From: Bacteroidota bacterium
GTDB taxonomy: Bacteria; Bacteroidota; Ignavibacteria; UBA10030; SZUA-254
Length of the DNA stretch: 64,000 nucleotides
Reading direction: 5' to 3'
NCBI GenBank assembly: GCA_035518715.1
Contig: DATIXJ010000043.1
Span: forward strand, 88,386 to 152,385
In this document: positions 29,047 to 38,628 of the stretch, one piece after another
How positions within the stretch are numbered: position 1 is the stretch's first letter
Layout: each line of letters opens with the position of its first letter
The notes under the pieces: generated by a model
Told to the model about the DNA's origin: nothing
Database searches by the model: none
The model's input: the letters and a program-made list of their open reading frames with translations, nothing else
Translations under genes and position numbers: made by a program

Positions 29047-30332
29047 TGAAACGGACGGGAATATATATCTCGATTATCTGCGCTCTCCTTCTCGGCGGAT
29101 TGGCCGCAGATAGAGCATCTGCACAGAAGATCCTCATCCCGATGGATCTCAAGCAAACCGATCATCTCAAGGCATACGGGATCGCCTATTGGGCATTGAC
29201 GAAGAATATACAGGTCGACTGGCTCCTGAACTACCGCGGCGGTTCCTTCATGCTCGATGCGGTCGATCTGGTGGCGACAGAATGCAGGGTCCGGGACGTC
29301 CTCTTCGAACAGCTGTCGGGTTCACAGGCGGCGCAGATCTACGCGCAGGTCCAGGATGAGAACACGAACATGGACGCTGTTCGCCTTGAAAAAGCGCCAA
29401 AGATCGCCGTCTACGTCCCGCCAAATTTTCTCCCGTGGGATGATGCTGTGACACTTGCCATGGAGTACGCGGAAATTCCCTACGATAAAGTATGGGATGA
29501 CGGTGTTCTTCAAAACAAGCTTTACAACTATGACTGGGTACACCTCCATCACGAGGATTTCACCGGTCAGTACGGAAAGTTTTACGCGAATTTCTCCACC
29601 GCACCCTGGTATGTCGAACAGCAGGCGATGTATGAGAAAAAGGCGAAGGAGCTGGGCTTTTCAAAAGTCTCGGAGATGAAGAAGGCCGTCGCCCGCAAGA
29701 TCAAGGATTACGTTGCCTCAGGAGGGTTTCTTTTTGCGATGTGCTCTGCGACGGACACGTATGATATCGCGCTCGCGGCGGAGAATACGGATATCTGCGA
29801 TGTCATGTACGACGGCGATCCGCCGGATCCGAATGCACAGAAGCGACTGGATTTTTCGAAGTGCCTGGCATTCGAGAACTTCACGCTCGAGATGAACCCC
29901 CTCCGGTATGAGTATTCAGATATCGACATCCCGCCGAGCGATATGGTCGATCCCGGCAGGGAGGCGACCGACTACTTCACGCTCTTCGAGTTCTCGGCAA
30001 AGTATGATCCCGTCCCCACCATGCTGACCCAGGATCACGCCAATATCATCAAGGGCTTTATGGGACAGACGACAAGTTTCCGGAAGCGGCTGATCAAAAA
30101 AAACGTCACCGTACTTGCCGAACGCGAAGGAACCGAGGAGGTCCGTTATATCCACGGAAATTTCGGTCGCGGGACATTCACCTTTTACGGCGGACACGAT
30201 CCCGAGGATTATCGCCACGAGGTCGGCGATCCACCAACCGATCTTCATCTCCACAAGAACTCACCCGGGTATCGCCTTATCCTCAACAACATTCTCTTTC
30301 CGGCTGCGAAGAAGAAGGAACAAAAGACGTAA
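29046..30332 (+). CDS. Hypothetical exported protein with a weak ThuA-like / class I glutamine amidotransferase-like resemblance
   Basis: Signal peptide. Start codon overlaps the TPR gene stop (ATGA). Segments KIAVYVPPNFLPWDD, ASGGFLFAMCSATD and HANIIKGF are loosely like ThuA motifs; this assignment is uncertain. Confidence 0.4.
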   Translation: MKRTGIYISIICALLLGGLAADRASAQKILIPMDLKQTDHLKAYGIAYWALTKNIQVDWLLNYRGGSFMLDAVDLVATECRVRDVLFEQLSGSQAAQIYAQVQDENTNMDAVRLEKAPKIAVYVPPNFLPWDDAVTLAMEYAEIPYDKVWDDGVLQNKLYNYDWVHLHHEDFTGQYGKFYANFSTAPWYVEQQAMYEKKAKELGFSKVSEMKKAVARKIKDYVASGGFLFAMCSATDTYDIALAAENTDICDVMYDGDPPDPNAQKRLDFSKCLAFENFTLEMNPLRYEYSDIDIPPSDMVDPGREATDYFTLFEFSAKYDPVPTMLTQDHANIIKGFMGQTTSFRKRLIKKNVTVLAEREGTEEVRYIHGNFGRGTFTFYGGHDPEDYRHEVGDPPTDLHLHKNSPGYRLILNNILFPAAKKKEQKT

Positions 30333-30384
30333 ACCCGCCGCGCATGGTTTGAATCTGACGGATTATTTGCTACATTATCACCCC

Positions 30385-31086
30385 ATGCGCATCGCCATCA
30401 TTTCCGACATTCATTCAAATCTCGAGGCGCTCCAGCAAACTCTCACGGTCATCAAGCAGAAAAAAGTTGATGCCGTGGTTTGTCTCGGCGACATCATCGG
30501 GTACGGCGCGAATCCGAACGAATGCCTCTCGCTCATACGCGAAACGACCCCGCACGTTCTTCTCGGCAATCACGATGAGGCCGCTCTCGACGTCGAGAAA
30601 GCAGAGCTTTTCAATCCATATGCACGCGTCGCATCTGAATGGACTCACCGCCAGTTAACCGACGATCATCGTGACTATATCAAGACTCTGCCGCTGCGTA
30701 TCGTCCTCGATGGATTGCTCTTCGTGCATGCATCCCCGTTCGAACCGGAAGAATGGCACTATATCATCACACAGGCCGATGCGCAGCTGCAGTTTGCGTA
30801 TTTTCAGGAGCCGGTCTGCTTCGTCGGACATTCGCATGTGGCAGGTCTCTTCTGCGAAGATCTCTGGATGCGCGAGGTGGTCAAGGGGGAAAAATTCATC
30901 GTGAATGTCGGAAGCATCGGCCAGCCGCGCGATAACGACTGGCGTTCCAGTTTCGGCATCTTTGACACATCAACCTGGACCTATGAAAACCCGCGCGTCG
31001 AATATGACGCGAAAACCGCATCCTCCAAAATTCTCCAGGCCGGACTTCCCAAGCCCCTCGCCCAGCGCATCCTCGTCGGCCGCTGA
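30385..31086 (+). CDS. Calcineurin-like metallophosphoesterase (YfcE-like)
   Basis: MRIAIISDIHSNLEAL (DxH), GDIIGYG (GDxxxxG), GNHDE (GNH[DE]) and ...GHSH... motifs. The track ORF is N-terminally over-extended; the ATG is at 30385. Confidence 0.8.
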   Translation: MRIAIISDIHSNLEALQQTLTVIKQKKVDAVVCLGDIIGYGANPNECLSLIRETTPHVLLGNHDEAALDVEKAELFNPYARVASEWTHRQLTDDHRDYIKTLPLRIVLDGLLFVHASPFEPEEWHYIITQADAQLQFAYFQEPVCFVGHSHVAGLFCEDLWMREVVKGEKFIVNVGSIGQPRDNDWRSSFGIFDTSTWTYENPRVEYDAKTASSKILQAGLPKPLAQRILVGR

Positions 31087-31091
31087 CCCTT

Positions 31092-31132
31092 AAAAAAAAT
31101 CCCTGCCGGCGTCATACGACACGGGCAGGGAT
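31092..31132. terminator. Hairpin in a convergent intergenic gap; likely terminator for the minus-strand lipoprotein gene and possibly bidirectional
   Basis: Stem aTCCCTGCC / GGCAGGGAt. A run of 8 A on the plus side preceding it gives a U-tract for the minus-strand transcript. Confidence 0.55.
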
Positions 31133-31151
31133 TGACCAAACTCCCGGACTC

Positions 31152-32264
31152 TTACCGTACCGTGATGTACGGCGAACCCCAGAATTCGTTTGCAAACGGA
31201 GCGGAATTGTCATAAATCGAACCGTGCGACATCACGTCCACGATAAGATTGAAACGTTCCGCCAGAATTCCCCACGCCGGGAAATGCGTGGTAATCGTTC
31301 TCGCATACACGCGTGTATAACTACCCGCACCGCCGGTAACGGATACGAGCGGCATCCGCAGACGGCCAAAATCCGGATGCAGGCGATTTCCGGCAATGTC
31401 ATGCCGCAGGTTTACGATCTCATTCGAGGTATCCGAACTGGAGACGGTGACACGCACGGTAATGGAATCATTCGCCACAAATTCCGGTATGCAGCCGTGG
31501 AATAAGCCGAGACGGAACCAGGAATTCAGAGGATCCGTGAATGTCGTGTCGTAACCACGGTGCGTATCGGAAACTTCAATCGAAGTGATGGAGAACTGCT
31601 TACCGCTGTCGGTTGTGCCTTCCACCATCGTCACCGCAACAGGAACCCAGTTGTGTAACGGGTTGTCGGTATGTGCGATTCTCTTGAACAGAACTTTCCG
31701 GTTCACATCCATCGTGAACGGCTTGTTGATGATACTGTCGACATACGTGGTATCCGGCGTGTGGACGCCGAGTCCAACCCTGAAGACTCCGGTAATGGTT
31801 TTGGTGATGGTCACCAGCGCCAGAGTATCGCCCGTGATCTGAACATCATACTGGCGGGAAATACCGGTCACATGACGACCCCATCGTATGGGATAAATGG
31901 AATCTCCCGTCACCGAGGTCGTGCTCATTGCGTAATCGGGAGTCGTTCCTGACGCCGAAGAATATTCATCGGCATGCATTCCGCCATCATCGATCGTCGC
32001 CTCATCCGAAGTGGAAAAAGCGGACACCGAATCGACTGTTGAAACGGCCTGCGTCAGTGCCGCCTGGTCGGTGGTCGGACCGGTACTTACCGGTGCCATC
32101 GAGGAATTGTTCGTGCATCCCGTTATGGCGAACACCGTGCCCGCCACGAGCAGCACGACTAGTGCAAATCGTCCTATCATAGCATCTCTCCTTTCAAGAG
32201 TATCAGACATGAATTCCATTCGGATCATCGACAACCATGATTGATTCCTTCCGTAATAAGACAA
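31152..32264 (-). CDS. Hypothetical lipoprotein
   Basis: Lipobox FAITGC after a hydrophobic signal segment. The true start may be the internal MIGRF... (~32180). No recognisable domain. Confidence 0.5.
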   Translation of the reverse strand: MSYYGRNQSWLSMIRMEFMSDTLERRDAMIGRFALVVLLVAGTVFAITGCTNNSSMAPVSTGPTTDQAALTQAVSTVDSVSAFSTSDEATIDDGGMHADEYSSASGTTPDYAMSTTSVTGDSIYPIRWGRHVTGISRQYDVQITGDTLALVTITKTITGVFRVGLGVHTPDTTYVDSIINKPFTMDVNRKVLFKRIAHTDNPLHNWVPVAVTMVEGTTDSGKQFSITSIEVSDTHRGYDTTFTDPLNSWFRLGLFHGCIPEFVANDSITVRVTVSSSDTSNEIVNLRHDIAGNRLHPDFGRLRMPLVSVTGGAGSYTRVYARTITTHFPAWGILAERFNLIVDVMSHGSIYDNSAPFANEFWGSPYITVR

Positions 32265-32345
32265 ACGATAAAAAACGAGGTTTAATTCCGCAAGGCAGGT
32301 ATTTCGGCGGGGTGATGCAGATCAAAGATTAAGAAAAACTCAGAA

Positions 32346-33563
32346 TTATCTTTGTGTCAGGCCGTGGGGAACGAGCCATTGTTCGGGATCCTGTTTCTCC
32401 CGGTCTTTGTAGATTTCGAAATGGAGCATCTGTCCGGAAAGCGATTCGCCGCTCTTGCCGATCTGGCGTCCTTCGCTGATCTTATCACCTTCCGCAACGG
32501 ATATTTCTGAAAGATGCGCATAAACGGTGCGGAATCCGTTCTTGTGGTTGAGGATAATGAGATTGCCGAACGAAGGAAGCCAGTAGATTTTTGATACTTC
32601 CCCGTCCGCCACCGCCAGAACGGGAGTACCCGATGGAACGCTGATATCGATGCCCGTATTTTCGGTAACGGTGTGAAGTGTGGGGTGTTCCTGATTTCCG
32701 AAACGCGAGATCAATCTCCCGGAAGCGACTGGCCATCGCAGGTGTCCGCGCTTCGCCTCGAATGCTCCGGGCGCGGTAGACGGGGGAGCCGTGGCGTGTT
32801 CTCTTGCAAGTTTCTCTTCGCGTTCCTTTTTCAGGCGATCGTCTTCAATCAGTTTTGCAATGAGCTGCTGCAGATCTTTTGCTGCCTGCGTTTTCCGGTC
32901 GATTTCCTGCTTGAAACTCTTCTTGTCCCGGCGGATCTCGGCAAGGAGGTTCTTTCGCTTCTTCATCTTCTGTGCAAGCTTGCTTTCTTCCTTCTGCTTG
33001 TCCTTGATCAGATCACGCTGCTCGCTGAGCTGTTTCTGCAGTGTGGTATTTTGTACTTCCAGCGCCGCACGCTGTGAGTCGATGGTATCGAGATCCTTCT
33101 TGCGCTGAGCCGAGAACCGTCGCAGATATTCCGTCCTGATGAGAGTCTGGTTGAGTGATTTCGAGGACAGGAGCAGTTCCAAATCGTCGACCTCGCCGTG
33201 TCGGTAGACCGTCGATACGTAATTGGCGTAATGATTCTTCAGGAAGGAAAGCTGATTGGTGAGCTGATCGATTGTCCCGCGGGTGCTGTCGATATCATGC
33301 TGGAGTGCGGTTTCCTGATCGTGAAGCTTCGAAATGAGCTTGCGCAGAAGATTTGTCTGACGGTCGTACGCATCGAGAAGGTCGAGCGTCGCATGTTCCT
33401 TCTTTTCCTTCTCCTTGATGCGTTTCTCGAATGAATCAATCTCGTCGCGCAGTTTCTGGAGCTGTTCCTGTTTCTTCTTGATCTCATCATCGCCGGCAGC
33501 GGAAAATTCCCGAACAAAGAGAAGAGCGCAGAGACACAGGAATATGAAACGCGCGCAGATCAT
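32346..33563 (-). CDS. M23 family peptidoglycan DD-metallopeptidase with an N-terminal coiled-coil (EnvC-like murein hydrolase activator)
   Basis: Long coiled-coil region (KLRDEIDSFEKRIKEKEKK...) followed by an M23 domain GIDISVPSGTPVLAVADGEVSKI...HLSEISV. Confidence 0.8.
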   Translation of the reverse strand: MICARFIFLCLCALLFVREFSAAGDDEIKKKQEQLQKLRDEIDSFEKRIKEKEKKEHATLDLLDAYDRQTNLLRKLISKLHDQETALQHDIDSTRGTIDQLTNQLSFLKNHYANYVSTVYRHGEVDDLELLLSSKSLNQTLIRTEYLRRFSAQRKKDLDTIDSQRAALEVQNTTLQKQLSEQRDLIKDKQKEESKLAQKMKKRKNLLAEIRRDKKSFKQEIDRKTQAAKDLQQLIAKLIEDDRLKKEREEKLAREHATAPPSTAPGAFEAKRGHLRWPVASGRLISRFGNQEHPTLHTVTENTGIDISVPSGTPVLAVADGEVSKIYWLPSFGNLIILNHKNGFRTVYAHLSEISVAEGDKISEGRQIGKSGESLSGQMLHFEIYKDREKQDPEQWLVPHGLTQR

Positions 33564-34324
33564 TGGCGATCGATGACCTCCGCCTGTTTCGGAACAGTAA
33601 AGGAACAGACGACGGGTGTGTTAAGAGCAAGATCGTCGTAGGCAATGGTTACCGCCCGACGCTCCTTCGGAAAGATCACGCGCACAAGCTTCGGCATTTC
33701 AACCCCGTCAATCTCTTCCGTGTTTGATGCTATTCCTGTGACTGTCGGCTTCCCCGCGGAATCCAGCAAGCGGTAACTCTCAACGACAAATTCATCTCCG
33801 TCGATGTGATATTCGCGGGTTCCGCGTTCCGTACGAAAACGTATGACATACGAATCATTCTCAACTGATTCCCCTTCCAGCGAGTCGGTGGCGCGCGGAG
33901 CGGCGAACTCCCCGGTGAAGGACCGGAGAATCTCGTCGAATTCCATGTGCAGCCGAAAAAGGGAATTGAGCGTCTGCCCGTCGGGCCTCCCGATGAGCGC
34001 GGTGTTCTCCATCCTGTTATAAAAGAGAAAACGGTTGCGGGAAAGCATGAGTGTCCCCACGTGAAAACCGAACGGGCCATGAAGATCCACGAGGAGGGAA
34101 TCGGGTTTCTTGAGAGACAGATCGAATGAGCCACTTGCGGAACCGTCGGGACTTTCAATGGTAATCGAGCCGTTTCCCTGAAGTGACGACACAGCCGATC
34201 CGCGGGCGTAGACCCGGCTCATCACATCGGCGGCGGAAAGCGTTCGCTCCCTGACAACCTTTGCGGACGGTGCGCATCCTCCGACAATCAACAGAGCGAT
34301 GAACATCGTCCTGGACAACTTCAC
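33560..34324 (-). CDS. DUF4292-like (LolA-like fold) lipoprotein
   Basis: Lipobox LIVGGC and a size of ~250 aa. I recall the TPR / DUF4292 / M23 gene order as conserved in Bacteroidota. Confidence 0.45.
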   Translation of the reverse strand: MKLSRTMFIALLIVGGCAPSAKVVRERTLSAADVMSRVYARGSAVSSLQGNGSITIESPDGSASGSFDLSLKKPDSLLVDLHGPFGFHVGTLMLSRNRFLFYNRMENTALIGRPDGQTLNSLFRLHMEFDEILRSFTGEFAAPRATDSLEGESVENDSYVIRFRTERGTREYHIDGDEFVVESYRLLDSAGKPTVTGIASNTEEIDGVEMPKLVRVIFPKERRAVTIAYDDLALNTPVVCSFTVPKQAEVIDRQ

Positions 34325-36039
34325 AAACTTCCCCGCTCGATTTTCTGTTTCAACTCTTCGTTTGACGTATCGAACTGCAGTGCTTTCTGCCAGTATTCCA
34401 TTGCTTTGTCCTTATCGGAAAGCTTGAAATACACATCACCGAGATGCTCGTGAATCACCGGGCTCTTGCTCCCAAGATCGATCGCTTTCTTGATCCACTT
34501 TTCCGCCTCGGTGTAATTTCCCATCCGGAAATAAATCCATCCATACGTGTCAAGATACGATTGATTCTCGGGCTCCTGGGACACTGCCTCTTTCGACATC
34601 TTCAGCGCACGGTCGAGCTGCAGGCCGCGGTCCGCAAGACTGTACCCGTAATTATTGAGAAGAAGATGATTTTTGGGATCGATTTGCAGTGCGCGCTCAT
34701 AGATCGAATCGGATTCATCGGGCCGTTTGAGCTCGTCATAGACGAGAGCGAGCGTGCTGAGTGCATCAACACTCTTCCCGTTGAGTTCAACTGCTTTTTC
34801 GAGCACCGCAGCAGCGCTGATATCATCATGCTTCCGCTGATACGATATTCCCAACAGGAAATAGACGCGGAATTCATCCGGCACGTAGGACTTTGCCTCC
34901 GTGAGGATTGCAATGGATTTATCAAAATCATTCCGGTCATAATAGACCGATGCAACCCCCACCCATCCGTCAGGGCTCGACGGCTGCAGCTCCTTCACCT
35001 TCGTCCAATTGATCAGAGCGGTGGAATCATCTTTCATAATATTATCGATCGCACCGAGAAACCAGTACGGTCTCCAATCATCGGGATGTTCGTTCCGGAT
35101 TCTCGTAAAGAGCTTCAGTGCATACGGCACAACGGCGGAATCTTTCTGTATGAATTGCGTGAAAATTTGCCCAAAGCGCAGCTGATCATCCACGGAGAGA
35201 GTATCTTTCCGCAAAATCAGATCGAGCTGTTCCGCCGCATGGTCATAGTCCTGTTTGGTAAGATAAGCATGCGCAATGGATGCACGCAGTTCGAGATTTT
35301 CCGGCTTTCGTTCCGCAAGCTCTGAATAGATCTTGAGCGCCGTATCGACGCTGTCACGCCGAACGAACAGGTCGCCGAGCATTTTCTTGATCTCGAAGTT
35401 GCCGGGATCCAGCGAGAGCATTCCCTCCACGGCTTCCGTCGCCTTGTCGAGCTTCCCGGTCACATCATAGATCTGTGCCATCTGAAAATACGTGTCGGAA
35501 TTCGGGCCGAACCTGTCGATGACCTCGGAATACAGTTTCAGTGCATCTTCCGGGTTTCGGAGCTGAACCAGCCGGCCCAGATTGAGCCACCCCTGTTCAT
35601 ACGACGAGTCGACGTGCACGACCTCCTTGTACTGGGCAACAGCGCTATCCAGATTTTCAGCATTGACATAAATCTGTCCGAGCGTTTCATGATAGGAGCG
35701 GTTCGCCGGGTCATGCTGTACGGCCTTTTCGCCGTTCTCGATCGCTTCCTGATTGTCGCCGAGGACCGCGTAGTCCTTCGCCATGGCATGGTAAATTGCC
35801 GCATCCTGCTTCAATCTGATGGCTTTTTGGTACTCCAGAATGGCCTTGGCGTAGTCTCCCTTCTGATCATAGAGCGAGCCCTGGAGGTAGAAGCTCAACG
35901 ACGCCTGCTCGTCCTCGGGAGGAGTTACGGCTGCCGCGGTTTTTTCCGAACTCGAACATCCGGTCAACGCCCCGGCGCCGAGAAGACCCAGCACGAACAC
36001 GATCGGTACGATAGTATCTCTCACGATGCATCCTTTCAT
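34321..36039 (-). CDS. TPR repeat lipoprotein
   Basis: Lipobox ALTGC. Many TPR repeats (…AILEYQKAIRL…, …AIENGEKAVQHDP…, …ALQFDTSNEELKQK…). Confidence 0.75.
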   Translation of the reverse strand: MKGCIVRDTIVPIVFVLGLLGAGALTGCSSSEKTAAAVTPPEDEQASLSFYLQGSLYDQKGDYAKAILEYQKAIRLKQDAAIYHAMAKDYAVLGDNQEAIENGEKAVQHDPANRSYHETLGQIYVNAENLDSAVAQYKEVVHVDSSYEQGWLNLGRLVQLRNPEDALKLYSEVIDRFGPNSDTYFQMAQIYDVTGKLDKATEAVEGMLSLDPGNFEIKKMLGDLFVRRDSVDTALKIYSELAERKPENLELRASIAHAYLTKQDYDHAAEQLDLILRKDTLSVDDQLRFGQIFTQFIQKDSAVVPYALKLFTRIRNEHPDDWRPYWFLGAIDNIMKDDSTALINWTKVKELQPSSPDGWVGVASVYYDRNDFDKSIAILTEAKSYVPDEFRVYFLLGISYQRKHDDISAAAVLEKAVELNGKSVDALSTLALVYDELKRPDESDSIYERALQIDPKNHLLLNNYGYSLADRGLQLDRALKMSKEAVSQEPENQSYLDTYGWIYFRMGNYTEAEKWIKKAIDLGSKSPVIHEHLGDVYFKLSDKDKAMEYWQKALQFDTSNEELKQKIERGSL

Positions 36040-36162
36040 ACGAAAAATATATTAATTTCAACCGCGAATAACAAACCCGGCTTGACTTTCAGACTCAATT
36101 TCTCTACATTGGCGCAGTTTTCCTATCCATTGCCATCAAACATTTCCGACAGAGAGATCGAC

Positions 36163-36870
36163 ATGAATAAGAGACTTGCGGCGGTTGGATCGACGGCTGC
36201 AATCGTCATTCTTTTCCTTCTTGGGAGTTGTCATGGGTCGGATGAATCTTCAAAAGAGCAGTCAGAGAATCCCCCGCCCGCTCTTCAACCCAGCGCGACC
36301 GAAGTGATGCAGAAAGAAATGGCCGCGCTCAGAACCACCAACGATTCGCTTTCACGTGCACTCGCAGCCCTGCAGCAGGAGAACCGCACGCTTGCCGCGC
36401 ACAATGCCGAGCTCGAGTCGCAGCTCAGTCAGCTCAAGGATAAAATCGGCGCAGCGCCGCAATCGCCCCCGCCGGTCGTACCCGCTCCGGCACCGGTCTA
36501 TTCCAATGTTCATGAAGGATATCAACACGCTCTTGAGCTCTTCCGTTCCAGGCACTATGCGGATGCTGCCGCACTCTTCCAGCAGGTCCTGGATAACGGG
36601 ATCCCCCTTTCACTCCAGGACAACTGCACGTACTGGATCGGGGAATGTGAATACGGACAGAAGGAGTTCGCAAAAGCTATCGATCAGTTTCAGAAGGTCT
36701 TTTCCTACAAGATTTCCGAAAAGAAGGATGATTCCCAAATCATGATCGGCAACTCGTATCTTGCACTCGGGGATAAGGAAAAGGCAAAAGACTCGTACGA
36801 ACAGCTGCTCAAGGTCTTTCCCGCAAGTCCGTTCATAAAACTGGTGAAGGGAAAACTGAGCCGGATCTGA
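36163..36870 (+). CDS. YbgF/CpoB-like periplasmic protein (N-terminal coiled coil plus C-terminal TPR)
   Basis: Signal/lipobox LLGSC. Coiled coil LSRALAALQQENRTLAAHNAELESQLSQLKDKI, then TPR-like YQHALELFRSRHYADAAALFQQVLD...YWIGECEY. The track ORF is N-terminally over-extended. Confidence 0.5.
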   Translation: MNKRLAAVGSTAAIVILFLLGSCHGSDESSKEQSENPPPALQPSATEVMQKEMAALRTTNDSLSRALAALQQENRTLAAHNAELESQLSQLKDKIGAAPQSPPPVVPAPAPVYSNVHEGYQHALELFRSRHYADAAALFQQVLDNGIPLSLQDNCTYWIGECEYGQKEFAKAIDQFQKVFSYKISEKKDDSQIMIGNSYLALGDKEKAKDSYEQLLKVFPASPFIKLVKGKLSRI

Positions 36871-36884
36871 TTCCGTAAAAATTT

Positions 36885-37454
36885 CTACCGCTGTTCTAAT
36901 TTTGGGTTTTGAGGGATGAATGTGACCGTTTGAGGCGGAAGTTCTCGGGTACCCAGACGGATGCCCTTCAGCACAACCGATAGCCGCTCACCTGCAATTT
37001 TCAGCCAGTCGTTTTTCCCTGAAAGATCTCTTCCGATAAGCTTGATCGAATCCGACTCGTGCGGTTTGATCTGTATGATCGGAAGCGGGAGAAATTTATC
37101 GTTATACTGATACGCCACATTGGATGAAGTGACGCGTGCTGCACCGAGATCGAGCGAGAGAGTGTCGTTGCTCAGGTTGAGCAAAGTGATATCAATTTCT
37201 GATGCCACTCCGCCATCCATCCTGTATCGGGCATGGAACAGATACTCCACATTTTCCTCCCGGATGGAATACTGCTCACAGTTGCATTCGTTGGTAATTG
37301 CCCGATAGGGATAATATGTGGGAGCGCAGCCAGAGGAGAAAACGAGGAGCACAAGAGCCGTGGCAATTAGCGCACCAGCACGAAGCGAAACAGGAAAATA
37401 CCGGGAAGAACGGTTGCAGCGGGATTGATCACCGGGCACAAGCGCATTTCCCAC
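36885..37454 (-). CDS. Hypothetical lipoprotein
   Basis: Lipobox VFSSGC. No recognisable domain. Confidence 0.4.
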   Translation of the reverse strand: MGNALVPGDQSRCNRSSRYFPVSLRAGALIATALVLLVFSSGCAPTYYPYRAITNECNCEQYSIREENVEYLFHARYRMDGGVASEIDITLLNLSNDTLSLDLGAARVTSSNVAYQYNDKFLPLPIIQIKPHESDSIKLIGRDLSGKNDWLKIAGERLSVVLKGIRLGTRELPPQTVTFIPQNPKLEQR

Positions 37455-38566
37455 TAACGGTTCACAACTCTGGCAGAGGAAATTCCCCGTTCTTTCCTGC
37501 CGCTCTCAAATCCGGGCTTGATCTTGTTGTAGATGATATCGATACGCTTCTTGTACGGGATGAACGCGCTCTTCATCGCATTGATGGTGAGCTTCTCGAG
37601 ATCATTGAGCGTGAGCTTGAATGCATCATGCGCGAGTTTCAGCTCCTTCGTCATGGTAGTGTTGCTCATGAGCCGGTCGTCGGTGTTGAGCGTAACGCGA
37701 AAACGATACCGGAAGAGAAGTCCGAACGGATGCTCTTCGACACTCTTCACTGCCCCCGTATCGACGTTGCTGGTAAGGCAAATTTCGAGCGGGATTCTTT
37801 TGTCGAGGACGTATTGTGCGAGATACCCCATGCTCACGACTTCCGTCGGGTCGTCGTTGGAGACTTTGATATCTTCGACGAGGCGCGTTGCGTGGCCGAT
37901 CCGGTGAGCGCCGCACCATTGGATTGCCTGCCAAATTGATTCCTTGCCGAATGCTTCGCCCGCGTGAATGGTGATATTGAAATTTTCGCGCTGGATATAA
38001 TGGAACGCATCCACATGTTTCTTGGGCGGGTAGCCGCCTTCTTCACCGGCGAGATCGAATCCCACCACCCCGCGCTCGCGGAAATCCACTGCGAGCTCCG
38101 CCATCTCCTGTGAGAGCTTCATGTTCCTCATCGCACAGATGATGAGTCCGTATTCCACGCCGAAATCCTTTCTTCCGCGGTCGAGGCCCTTCAGCACCGA
38201 CGCCACAATCTCTTCCCAGTGAAGACCTTTTTCAGTATGAAAGACCGGTGCAAATCGGGTCTCAACGTAGACAACTCCGTCGTTGTACATGTCTTCCATC
38301 ATCTCGTACGCGACACGTTCAAGGGCTTCTTCGGTCTGCATGACGCCGCAGGTGTGTGCAAAACCTTCAAGATAGAGTGGTAAGCTCCCGCGTTTTGCCC
38401 CGCGCTGGAACCATTGATTGAGCTCTCCGGCATCTGTCGTCGGGAGCTTGTTGTAGCCGATATCCTTTGCAAGGTCGATGACGGTCTGCGCGCGAAGCCC
38501 CCCGTCGAGATGATCGTGGAGGAGAGTCTTGGGTAGTGTTCGGATGAACTTCTCAGTCAGCTTCAT
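37454..38566 (-). CDS. add: Adenosine deaminase
   Basis: N-terminal LPKTLLHDHLDGGLR metal-binding motif, ...HAGE..., and C-terminal SLNTDD. 370 aa. Confidence 0.85.
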   Translation of the reverse strand: MKLTEKFIRTLPKTLLHDHLDGGLRAQTVIDLAKDIGYNKLPTTDAGELNQWFQRGAKRGSLPLYLEGFAHTCGVMQTEEALERVAYEMMEDMYNDGVVYVETRFAPVFHTEKGLHWEEIVASVLKGLDRGRKDFGVEYGLIICAMRNMKLSQEMAELAVDFRERGVVGFDLAGEEGGYPPKKHVDAFHYIQRENFNITIHAGEAFGKESIWQAIQWCGAHRIGHATRLVEDIKVSNDDPTEVVSMGYLAQYVLDKRIPLEICLTSNVDTGAVKSVEEHPFGLLFRYRFRVTLNTDDRLMSNTTMTKELKLAHDAFKLTLNDLEKLTINAMKSAFIPYKKRIDIIYNKIKPGFESGRKERGISSARVVNR

Positions 38567-38628
38567 AGGATTAGAGAGAAAGTCAAAAGTAAAAATTCAA
38601 AAGTCAAAAACGTACTGACGGCCGCGTC

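Noticed and set aside
34444-35325. 293-aa plus-strand ORF
   Set aside because: Antisense shadow of the 572-aa TPR lipoprotein gene.
35614-36162. N-terminal 183-codon extension of the YbgF-like ORF (the track starts at 35614)
   Set aside because: The extension is antisense to the TPR gene and has no signal peptide. The convincing signal peptide and lipobox start at the ATG at 36163.
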